Positions 18,550-27,837 of a DNA stretch of 64,000 bases are shown here, piece after piece. The stretch is from an uncultured Gemmatimonadaceae bacterium (lineage in GTDB: Bacteria > Gemmatimonadota > Gemmatimonadetes > Gemmatimonadales > Gemmatimonadaceae). The stretch covers positions 480,001-544,000 of the forward strand of contig CAWBOC010000005.1 of the NCBI GenBank assembly GCA_963790305.1, read 5' to 3'. Made by a program: the position numbers and the translations under genes. Under the pieces are notes generated by a model. The model searched no databases and was not told where the DNA came from. It was given only the letters and a program-made list of their open reading frames with translations. Each line of letters starts with the position of its first letter. The first letter of the stretch is position 1.

Positions 18550-20158
18550 ATGACGACGAGCATTCGTCCATTCGCGGCGTTTACGGCGCCGGGGCCCGTT
18601 GGGCCCCGGCGCCCCGTCGTCTTTCTTGGTGAAGCGCGCGAGCACGAACGCGCGGGACGCGTCGTCGAAGCGATCAAGTGCTACGAGTCCGCGATCGACA
18701 ACGCGGATCCCACGATCGACGGACCCGTGCTCGCGGAGGCGCTGCGGCGACTCGGCGTCGTCCGGCGCCGGCGTCACGAATACGACCAGGCGATTGCGCT
18801 CTGTCAGCGAAGCCACGAGGTCGCGATGGCGCGCAACGATGGCTTGCTCGCCGCCGAGGCGCTCAACGGCATCGCGCTGGTCCACGTGGAGCGCGGCGAG
18901 TGGTCACAGGCGCGCGAACGTCTGAGTCGCGCCCTCGAGCTCGGCGCGGAGAGCAAGGAGCTCGTGGGGCGAATCGAGCAGAATCTCGGAATCATGGCGA
19001 ACATCCATGGAGATCTCGCGGCGGCGATGAATCACTACCGTCGCTCTCTCGAGGCGTTCCGTCAGGGCCGCGATGAGCGCGGGTGCGCCATCGCGTACCA
19101 CAATCTCGGGATGCTCAGCGCCGACCAGCGTCTGTGGGATGATGCGGAGCAGTACTATCGCGCGAGTCTCGAGGTCGCGGAGGCGACGGGCGACGTCCAC
19201 CTTCGCGGACACGTGCTGCTCAACCGCACCGAGGTTCACCTCGCGCGCGTCGCGGTTCGAGCCCGCACGTCAGGATGCGGAAGAGGCACTACGGATCTTC
19301 GACTCGCTCGGCATGGCCGGCGGAAAGTCGAGCGCTTATCGCTTTCTCGGAATGGTGTATCGAGAGACAGGGCGCACGACACTCGCCGAAGCGCGACTGC
19401 GGTCCGCGGTGCATCTCTCGGCTGGTGTCGGCGCGGCACTCGACGAAGCGGAAGCGTCACGCGAGCTGGCGCTGCTCTACCAGGGACTGGGGCGGAGCCA
19501 GGAAGCGCTGCGGCTGCTCAACATGTCGCACCGACTCTTCCGCCGTCTCGATGCGCGCGTCGACCTGGTTGACGTCAAGGCCAAGGTGGGGCACCTCGAG
19601 AGCGTGTACCTCGAGATCGTGCGAGAGTGGGGACGGTCGATCGAATCGAGCGATACATATACGCACGGGCATTCCGAGCGTGTCGCGACCTACGCGGCGG
19701 CCCTCGCAACGGGCATGGGTCTCGACGAGACGGAGCTGCAAACCATCCGCGTTGGCGCGTACCTTCACGACCTCGGCAAGGTGAAGATCCCGCACGAGAT
19801 CCTGAACAAGCCTGGCCGCCTGACGAACGAGGAATTCGACGAGATGAAGCGACACCCGGAATACGGGATCGAGCTGCTCGCGTCAGTCGAGTTCCCGTGG
19901 GACATTCGCCCGCTGATTCGGTCGCACCACGAGAAGCTCGATGGCTCGGGCTATCCCGATCGTCTGCGTGGCGATGAGATCCCGCTGACAGCGCAGCTGA
20001 TCTGCATCGTGGACGTCTACGACGCGCTGACGACGACACGCTCCTACCGTGGCGCGATGCCTCACCAGACCGCGGTCGAGGAGATGATCCGAAGCGAGCG
20101 CTGGTGGAGGCCGGACGTCATGGCGGGCTTCAGGGCGAGCGTCGGGAAGGATTCCTGA
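18550..20158 (+). CDS. TPR-repeat HD-GYP phosphohydrolase; apparent frameshift near 19249
   Basis: Multiple TPR helices (NLGIMA, HNLGML); HSERV, LHDLGK, HHEKLDGSGYP, DVYDALTT. Confidence 0.88.
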
Positions 20159-20159
20159 T

Positions 20160-20214
20160 CGAATGCGGAAAGCGGAATGCGGAGTTGGTATCCGCATTCC
20201 GCTTTCCGCATTCG
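20160..20214. repeat. Perfect inverted repeat of GAATGCG heptamers between convergent genes
   Basis: GAATGCGGAAAGCGGAATGCGGA-N7-TCCGCATTCCGCTTTCCGCATTC. Confidence 0.9.
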
Positions 20215-20222
20215 CATCCGAA

Positions 20223-20453
20223 TCACCCGACGTAGACGACGTCCCCCTCCGGATCTATCCCCATCTCCTGAATGTGGCCGCAGACGCCGCACACCATCGT
20301 CGCGTGCCAGGCCTCGTTGAACTCCTTCCGGTGCTCCTTCGCGGCCTCTTTGACGGTGACCTTCTTGTAGCTGTACTCCCGACAATGCTCGCAGGCGTGC
20401 CCGCGCGCTATGCGCTCGGCACGCTCCCGCGAGATCTTCTTGATCTTCGGCAA
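20223..20453 (-). CDS. Small zinc-ribbon protein
   Basis: TTG start with GAGGAG RBS; CEHC...CGVC. Confidence 0.7.
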   Translation of the reverse strand: MPKIKKISRERAERIARGHACEHCREYSYKKVTVKEAAKEHRKEFNEAWHATMVCGVCGHIQEMGIDPEGDVVYVG

Positions 20454-20454
20454 C

Positions 20455-21542
20455 TCAGCGCTCCTCGTCGGGATTCCGCAGCGTCGCGCGCGCGGTCGGG
20501 CGGGGCTGCTGATACCCACCAGGGGGCGGCGCAGCCGGCTCGCGCGAAGGGCCGGCAGCAGCCTGGGCCGCTGCGCCCGCCTTCGCCGAGCAGCTCGCGC
20601 ATGCCCCCGAGCGCACCGAGGACGCCGGTGGCCTCAGCGGGCAGGAAGATCGTCGTGCCCTTGCCCTGCGCGACGTGCGGCAACGCCTCGAGATACTTGA
20701 GGCCGAGCAGATACATCGCGGCCTGGCCCTCGGGCAGTGAGTTGGCGATGCGTTGAATGGCTTCCGCTTCGGCGTTGGCCATCGCCAGGCGTGCCTCCGC
20801 GAGGCCCTGGGCGCGCAGTACCGCCGCTTCCTTTCTCACCTTCGGCTTTGCGAACCTGCGCCTCGCGTAGTCCCTCGGACTCGAGAATCGCGGCGCGCTT
20901 GCTCGCCTCGGCGTTCGTCACCGCGGCGCGGCGCTCTCGCTCGGCGCGCATCACCAGCTCCATCGACTGCTGAATGTCGCGCGGCGGCTCGATGGCCTGG
21001 AGCTCGACGCGCGTGACGTCGACGCCCCAACCGATCGAAGCCTCCTCGATGACTTCCCGCATCTTCTTGTTGATCAGATCGCGGCTGGCGAGCGTCTGAT
21101 CGAGCTCCATGTCACCGACGATGTTGCGGAGCGTCGTGCGCGTGAGCGTCTCGAGCGCGTACGGGAGATTCTGAATCGAATACGTGGCCTTCTGCGGATC
21201 GGCGATGCGGTAGTACAGGACGGCGTCGATGTCGATCGTGACGTTGTCCTTGGTGATGACAGGCTGGCTCGGGAAGTTGAGCACCTGCTCACGCAGATCG
21301 ATCCGCGACGTCGAGCCGGAAGTAATCTTCTTCACGCCGTTGACATCGGCCTCGAAGTACCGCACGTCGATGGGGCGGGGCCGCTCGATGAACGGGATGA
21401 GCATGTTGAAGCCCGACCGGGCGAGGCGATTGAACTTGCCCAGCCGCTCGATGACCAGTACCTCGGCCTGGCCGACGATCTTGAACGACTTCGTCGCTAT
21501 CAGCAGCGCCAGAAGCGCGATTATTCCAAGGCCGATGAGCAT
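20455..21542 (-). CDS. SPFH/band 7 (QmcA/paraslipin-like) protein; apparent frameshifts near 20833 and 20588
   Basis: N-terminal TM, IERLGKF, ITKDNV, LRNIVG, WGVDVTRVELQ, RAERERRA; repaired frame ends LRNPDEER*. Confidence 0.85.
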
Positions 21543-21587
21543 GCCTACACCTCGAAGAGGGGGGATCTCATTCTACGCGCCTGACGA

Positions 21588-22652
21588 TCACTCACGCCAG
21601 TCGGCGACGAAGATGTTGGTCTCGCCCTGCTGCGCTGCGTGCCGGTTGGAGGCCCAAACGAGGCGCTTGCCATCCGGGCTGAACATCGGAAACGAGTCGA
21701 AGTCCGCGTGCGTCGTCACACGCTCGAGGCCGGAGCCGTCGAGGCCCACCAGATACAGGTCGAAGTCGCGCCCGCGCGGATTGGTGTGATTCGAGGCGAA
21801 GATGATTCGCCTTCCATCGGGCGTGAAGTACGGGGCGAAGTTGGCCCCGCCGAGGTTGGTCACCTGCCGCTGATTGCTGCCGTCTGCATTCATGACCCAG
21901 ATCTCCATGCGCGAGGGTCGAACCAGCCCCTGCGCGAGGAGTCCCTTGTACTCGGCGAGGGAGGCCGAGTCGGCCGGATGGCTGGCGCGATAGACGATCT
22001 GCGATCCATCGGGGGAGAAGAATGCTCCGCCGTCGTAGCCGGGTGTCGTCGTCAAACGGCGGACGTCGCTGCCGTCGGTGCGCATCGTGTAGATCTCGAG
22101 GTCGCCATCCTTCGTCGACGTGAAGACGATCCGCGAGCCGTCCGGCGAGAGCGTACCCTCCGCGGTGTAGGCGTTCCAGTCCGTGAGGCGGCGCATGCCC
22201 ACGCCGTTTGCGTTAGCGGCGTAGATCTCGAACCGGTCGAGCCGCCACACATACCCGCGAGAAAAATCGGGGCGCGGCGGGCACGCGCTGTCGGCGTGGT
22301 GGGTGGACGAGAAGAAAATGCGGCGGTCGCCATCGAAGAAATAGCCGCACGTGGTCTTGCCGGTTCCGTTCGACACGCGGCGCAGATTGCCGCCGTCGGC
22401 GTCCATGACGAACTGTTGGTCGCAGGAGCGGCCGTCGCGCGTCGACTGGAAGATCAGGCGCGTTCCGTCGGCGCTCCAGTACGCCTCGGCGTTCTCACCG
22501 CCGAAGGTCAGCTGTCGGATGTTGGCGAGGTGGCGCTCGCCGGGCTCGGACGACCGAGCCACTGCGAGCTGCGACCTGCGAGCACTGCCACATGCAGCAG
22601 CGGCCACCGCAAGGGTGGCCGCCGCTGTGAACACTACGAGGCGTCGGCGCAT
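21588..22652 (-). CDS. TolB-like PD40 beta-propeller lipoprotein
   Basis: AAAC lipobox; repeated SPDG motifs; QLTFGGENAEAYWS. Confidence 0.88.
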   Translation of the reverse strand: MRRRLVVFTAAATLAVAAAACGSARRSQLAVARSSEPGERHLANIRQLTFGGENAEAYWSADGTRLIFQSTRDGRSCDQQFVMDADGGNLRRVSNGTGKTTCGYFFDGDRRIFFSSTHHADSACPPRPDFSRGYVWRLDRFEIYAANANGVGMRRLTDWNAYTAEGTLSPDGSRIVFTSTKDGDLEIYTMRTDGSDVRRLTTTPGYDGGAFFSPDGSQIVYRASHPADSASLAEYKGLLAQGLVRPSRMEIWVMNADGSNQRQVTNLGGANFAPYFTPDGRRIIFASNHTNPRGRDFDLYLVGLDGSGLERVTTHADFDSFPMFSPDGKRLVWASNRHAAQQGETNIFVADWRE

Positions 22653-22672
22653 GCCGACAATTTAAGGCACCG

Positions 22673-24310
22673 TCAGCGAGACGCGCGAGCCACGGCGAAA
22701 AGGTCCTTTTGCGTGTTGCCCTTCTTCATGAGCTCGATGGCGCGGAGCAGCTGCGGGTCATCGGGAATCTCGCGGCGCGCCGCGGCGGCATCGCCGAAGG
22801 CGAAGCGCGTCACGAAGTGCGACAGCCACTTGTCGATCGTCGGGCGGGCCGCGTCGAACAGCTGCTTGTCGACCTCGACCTTGGCAGCAGTGAGCCGGCG
22901 ATAGAACTCCTCGCGCCACTCGGGCTGCACCTGGAAGTTGGGATTCGACACGCGAGCCTTGAGCTCCTGGGCATAATTCCAGAGCGCGATGCGAACCTGG
23001 GGCGACTTCGGTCCGATCGCCTTGAGGAACTCCTGCTCCCGCGTGGTGACCGTGTCATCAGGAATGATCACGTCGGGGGTAATGCCGCCGCCGCCGTACA
23101 CGATGCGCCCCGCGTCGGAGCGGAACACCGGCCGGGTCTTCTTCACGGCGTCGGTCTCCAGCGAGTCAGGCGGAACATCCTCCCGCTGGCCCGTTGGGTT
23201 GACGCGTGCCGCCGCGGTGGTGTCTCCGGGGCGCGCGCCCGACGCGAGAAGCTGCGTTTCGTCCTTCCGCTCTTTCTGGATGGAACGCCCGACGGGCGTA
23301 AACCACTTCGCGGTCGTGAGCTTGAGCGCGTACCCACCCTCGAGCGGGAACACGGTCTGGACGAGTCCCTTTCCGAACGAGGTGGTGCCGACAACGAGCG
23401 CACGGTCGTGATCCTGGAGCGCGCCCGCGACGATCTCCGACGCCGACGCGGTGTAGCCATCGACGAGGACGACGAGCGGCATGTTCGGCATCTTCGGCTT
23501 GCCCTTCGCGACGAACTGCTGCGACATCATTCCGCGTCCGCGAACGCTCGCGATCTCGTCTCCGCCCTCGAGGAAGATGTCGGCGACGGCGAGGCCCTGG
23601 TCCAGAATGCCACCGGGGTTTCCACGGAGATCGATGATGATGCCGTTTGCGCCCGCCTTCAGCATCTGATCGACGCTGGTCTCGAGCTCTTCACCCGCGC
23701 TCTCGTTGAACGACTGCAGCGGGATGTACCCCACCTTGTTCTCGAGGAGGAGCGCGTAGGGAACCGCTGGAATGTGAATCGTCGCGCGCGTGAGGCGGTG
23801 CGAAATCACCTCCGTCACACCGGGCCGCACGAACCGCACGTTGACCTGGGTGCCGGGGGTACCGATCAAGGCGTTGGACACCTGTTCCGTAGACCACCCG
23901 CGGGTCGACGCGGTGTCGACCTGCACGATCCGGTCGCCTTCCTGGATGCCGGCCGCTTCCGCCGGAGTGTTGGGAAAGACCTGGACGACGGTGATGACGC
24001 CATCCTGATCCTCGATCCGCATCCCGATACCGCCATAGCGTCCCGTGGAGTTCGTCGAGAAGCGCTGCAGCTGCTTCGGGGTGAGGAGCTCCGAATACGG
24101 ATCCTCGAGCTCCTCGACGAGGCCCCGCGCCGCCTTTTCGTAGAGCGCAGCGTTATCGACGGTGTCGACGAAACGGTCGGCAACCAGTGAGAGCACCTGA
24201 TCGAACAGCCGCGCGCCGTCGCGTGTCGCGCGATCCTGAATGACGAACCCGCCGACGAGGGCGGGTGCGACGACGACTGCGATCAGGGAGAGCTTCCGGA
24301 AACGATTCAT
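22673..24310 (-). CDS. ctpA: S41 carboxyl-terminal processing protease with PDZ domain
   Basis: DPYS, GGIG PDZ, DLRGNPGG, ASASEI, SFGKG. Confidence 0.92.
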   Translation of the reverse strand: MNRFRKLSLIAVVVAPALVGGFVIQDRATRDGARLFDQVLSLVADRFVDTVDNAALYEKAARGLVEELEDPYSELLTPKQLQRFSTNSTGRYGGIGMRIEDQDGVITVVQVFPNTPAEAAGIQEGDRIVQVDTASTRGWSTEQVSNALIGTPGTQVNVRFVRPGVTEVISHRLTRATIHIPAVPYALLLENKVGYIPLQSFNESAGEELETSVDQMLKAGANGIIIDLRGNPGGILDQGLAVADIFLEGGDEIASVRGRGMMSQQFVAKGKPKMPNMPLVVLVDGYTASASEIVAGALQDHDRALVVGTTSFGKGLVQTVFPLEGGYALKLTTAKWFTPVGRSIQKERKDETQLLASGARPGDTTAAARVNPTGQREDVPPDSLETDAVKKTRPVFRSDAGRIVYGGGGITPDVIIPDDTVTTREQEFLKAIGPKSPQVRIALWNYAQELKARVSNPNFQVQPEWREEFYRRLTAAKVEVDKQLFDAARPTIDKWLSHFVTRFAFGDAAAARREIPDDPQLLRAIELMKKGNTQKDLFAVARASR

Positions 24311-24376
24311 GGGACTGCCGGCAGAGGTGAGGAGGCTACGTCTCCTTAAATACGATCGAGACAGGGCGAGGTTCCG

Positions 24377-24562
24377 CTATCCACTCATTCCGCCAGAGCC
24401 TTCTTCCGTTCCGCCCTGCCAGAGCGATCGCCAGGACATTTCGCGCCCCTTGCGGAACCCCTTCTGCGTGAGCTTCACCCCGTCCGGGGAGATCGTCACG
24501 GTGTAGGGCTGCCCATCAATGTCAATTTCGCGCTTGAGCGTCTTGTCGAGTTTCGTGGTCAT
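24377..24562 (-). CDS. Small hypothetical protein
   Basis: MTTKLDKTLKREIDIDGQPYTVTISPDGVKLTQKGFRKG; compact ORF with coding-like codons. Confidence 0.7.
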   Translation of the reverse strand: MTTKLDKTLKREIDIDGQPYTVTISPDGVKLTQKGFRKGREMSWRSLWQGGTEEGSGGMSG

Positions 24563-24683
24563 TGCGAGAGGAGCTCCGTGCTGGGGGAGGTGTCGAAACC
24601 GAGGACTGACGGAATGCGGAACAGACTAAGGGAAGCATGAACCAGCCTGTGCAGTAAAGTCACTGGCTGGGGGGTCAACAGTC

Positions 24684-24715
24684 AATCAGCAATCCGCAAT
24701 CCGCATTCCGCATTC
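24684..24715. repeat. TCCGCA(A/T) heptamer array downstream of the rep gene
   Basis: AATCAGC AATCCGC AATCCGC ATTCCGC ATTC. Confidence 0.8.
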
Positions 24716-24726
24716 TGAGCGGGCCC

Positions 24727-25579
24727 TCAGGCCGCCCTCGAGGCCAGGACATAGTCGACGTACCACTGCCTCTTTTGCTGGCGAACGGCCACATCCCGGA
24801 GGAGTCCGGCCTCCACGAGCATCTCGTGGGCGGGCTGGAGGACGCGCTGGAGGTGGGACGGGTAGCGCTGTGTGAGGGGGAGCTGAAGGGCGAGTTGATC
24901 CAGAGCGACACGCCAGGTGACCGTACCCTCCATGCGGGCGACCTCGAGCAGGCGATACAGGCGGCGGGCGACCGGGGACGAGAGCTCGAGGTAGTGATTC
25001 GCGGACAGCGAAACGGTGTGTCCGGCATTGACGTTGGCCCGCGCCAGCGGCGACAGCGCGACGCGAGCGACACCAGGCTCCGAGACGGTCAACGTCGGGA
25101 ACAGGGTGAGCTGATCGCGGTCGGCACCGCGGCGCCGATCGATGGAAACCGCCGTGAGCAACGTGAAGGCGGCGTCGATCGGCCCACCGGCGGTGGCGCT
25201 CCAGTACGCGGCCTGTGATTCGAGTGTCGTCCGCTCGAGGCGCATGAGCGCGGAGCGGAGCTGCTCGTAGGTGCGTCCGTCGACGCGCCGCCCCATCGAG
25301 CGGAGGAAGGCGTGGAGGGTGAAGGTGATGACGCCATCGTCCGGGCAGCTGGCCTCGTTCCATCGATGCCACAGCTCGACGTAGACGTCCTGGTCGAAGG
25401 TGCCAGGGAGCCGGTCGCCCGGACTGGGCAGCACTCGCCATCGGCCCCCCGCTCGGCGGCTCGTACGCGATAGCGGAGTCCTCGGCGGAATCACTGAGCC
25501 GGAAGAGCGGAAGGGCCTCGAGCGAGCGATCGAGGACGATCGTTCGCGCGGCGGTTCGGCGTCGTGCCGCGAGGGACAT
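24727..25579 (-). CDS. Plasmid-type replication initiator (RepA/TrfA-like winged-helix) protein; apparent extra G near 25450
   Basis: LEALPLFRLS, LPGTFDQDVY, FTLHAFLR.MG...YEQLRSAL.RL, YLELSSPVARRLYRLL, L.PAHE.L. Confidence 0.75.
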
Positions 25580-25619
25580 GGAAACAAACTGGACTCCCAT
25601 CGGGGGAGAGTCCAGACAC

Positions 25620-25701
25620 GAATGCGGATTGCGGAATGCGGATTGAGGACTACGTGCTACTAATCGTCACAATTTTATCCGCATTCCGCATTCCGCATTC
25701 G
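25620..25701. repeat. Inverted GAATGCG heptamer arrays upstream of the rep gene
   Basis: GAATGCGGATTGCGGAATGCGGAT...ATCCGCATTCCGCATTCCGCATTC. Confidence 0.85.
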
Positions 25702-25704
25702 CCC

Positions 25705-26423
25705 TTACCCTAACGCGATGACCTGTCCGGTCATCGGTCTCGATGCATCGGAGCACAGCCAGACGACCATGCGCGCCACATCGTCGCGCTCCACGTACCG
25801 CGCGTCGCTCCCCATGCTCTTTTCGTTGGCGGCGGTGCGAATCGAGGTGGGGGCCAGTGCATTCGCGCGGACGCCGTTCGCACGCTCCTCTTCGGCGAGG
25901 GCGCGCATGAGTGTGAGCACTCCGCCCTTTGCCGTCGCGTAGGCGGCCATGTTGGCGACGGATGCGCCGGGGAGCGCCGCCGCGGATCCGAAGAACACGA
26001 ACGCTCCGCGCGATGCGCGAACGAGCGGCAGGAAGGCGCGCGCCGTGAGCGCGGCGGTGGTGAGATTGAGCGCGAGCTGCTTCTGCCAGACGGCGGGCGT
26101 GCTGTCGGCGATGCTCGACATCGCGAACCCGCCGGCGAGATGCACCACCGCATCGAGCCGGTTGTCGGTGTCTCGACGCGACGGCCTCGGTGAGCGCCTG
26201 AACGGCAGCTTCGTTGGTGAGGTCGCAGGCATAGGCATCCGCGCGACCACCTCGAGCGCGAAGCGCCGCGGCGCGGGCTTCGGCCGCATCGCTCGAGCAG
26301 ATCCACCGCGGCGATCGCGGCTCCGGCATCGACAAGCGCGGCCGCGACCGCTTCGCCGACCTGCCCTTCTCGTCCAATCCCGGTGACGAGCACCGAGCGA
26401 CCAGACAGTGCCCCGTGAGCCAT
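25705..26423 (-). CDS. SDR family oxidoreductase; two apparent +1 frameshifts near 26295 and 26168
   Basis: VLVTGIGREGQVG Rossmann motif, YATAK catalytic motif, GVRANAL, MTGQVI. Confidence 0.82.
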
Positions 26424-26540
26424 GGCGGGAACAATGCGATCCCGGGCGGAAAGCGCAAGCACGGATATTGAGTGGCGAAATGGTGAGAGCTATGCTCTCC
26501 GCCGTCACGTGACGGTCGCCATTTCTTTCATCGCGATACT

Positions 26541-27837
26541 GTGCGCGCTCTCAAGACCACCGGACTCATTACCGCCGGCGTTCTGCTGTCTCGGGTTCTC
26601 GTGCGTGGGGGTGCTCTATCTCACCCGTGGCACGCCCGTAAAATCGGTCAGAACGTTCGGCAAGGCCCCGCCTCCCGGCGTCATCGATCCCCTCTTTCGT
26701 CGCACCATCGAGCTGCTCGCCGGCATGACGATGCAGGATGGAAACGATGTCGAAGTGCTCTTCAACGGCGATCAGACGTACCCGCGACTGTGGGCCGATC
26801 TCAAATCGGCGCGCCAGACGATCACGCTGCAGATGTACTACGGCAATCCGGGAAAGGTGGCGGATACGGTCAAGAACATTCTGATCGAGCGAGCGCGAGC
26901 GGGCGTGCGCGTGCTCTTTCTGCATGACGCGATCGGCTCGCAGAATCTGAAGAAAGAGTGGCGGGATAGTCTGAGCGCAGCGGGAGTGCAGGTGGCGGTA
27001 TTCCGGCCGCCACGCTGGTATCAGCTCGACAAGGCCGGACACCGCTCACACATTCGCGTTGTCGTCATCGACGGCCACATCGGCTACACCGGCGGCTTCG
27101 GCATCGATGACAAATGGCTCGGCGACGGCCGAACCAACGGAAGCTGGCGCGATACCAACGTTCGCTTCCTGGGTCCCGCCGTCATGCAGCTTCAGGCCGC
27201 GTTCGCCGCCGGCTGGGCGGAAGCGACCGGAGAGCTGATCACGGGGCAGCTGTTCTTTCCGATCGAGGAATTCCGGAGTGACGGCGACGACTTCGGTGCC
27301 TTGCTGCACATGGCGCCAACGATCGGCAGCACGCCCGCCGAGCGCTTTCTGGCGCTCTCGATCGAGGGGGCGCGGCGGACGATGTACATCTCGAACTCGT
27401 ACTTCGTGCCTGACGATGACTTTCGCCGTATGCTCGTGGCGGCTGCCCAGCGCGGTGTCGATGTGCGCATCCTGACCGCAAGCGACAAGACCGACATCAA
27501 GACCACGTGGTATGCCGGCCGGAAGCGGTACGAAGAGCTGCTGGAAGGGGGCGTCCGCGTGTACGAGTACGCGCCGACGATGATGCACGCGAAGACGTTC
27601 GTGATCGATGGGGTCTGGAGCACGGTCGGCACGATGAACTTCGACAACCGGTCGCTCGCCTACAACGATGAGTCGAACCTCGTCGCCTTCGATCGACGGG
27701 TCGGTGCCACGATGGACTCGATCTTCCTCGAGGACATCAAGCACTCGACCGAGATCAAGCTCGAGACGTTCCGCCGTCGCCCCTGGCATCAGAAGGTCTT
27801 CGAGAGGGGCGCGAACATCCTGTCGCGTCTCCTGTGA
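26541..27837 (+). CDS. cls: Cardiolipin synthase-like phospholipase D; start uncertain, possible frameshift near 26590
   Basis: HIRVVVIDG (variant HKD) and HAKTFVIDG; GTMNFDNRS, WRDT, YFVPD. Confidence 0.85.

Noticed and set aside
24377..25701. Integrated plasmid or prophage around the rep gene
   Set aside because: No integrase, att repeats, par or transfer genes; the flanks are ordinary chromosomal genes.
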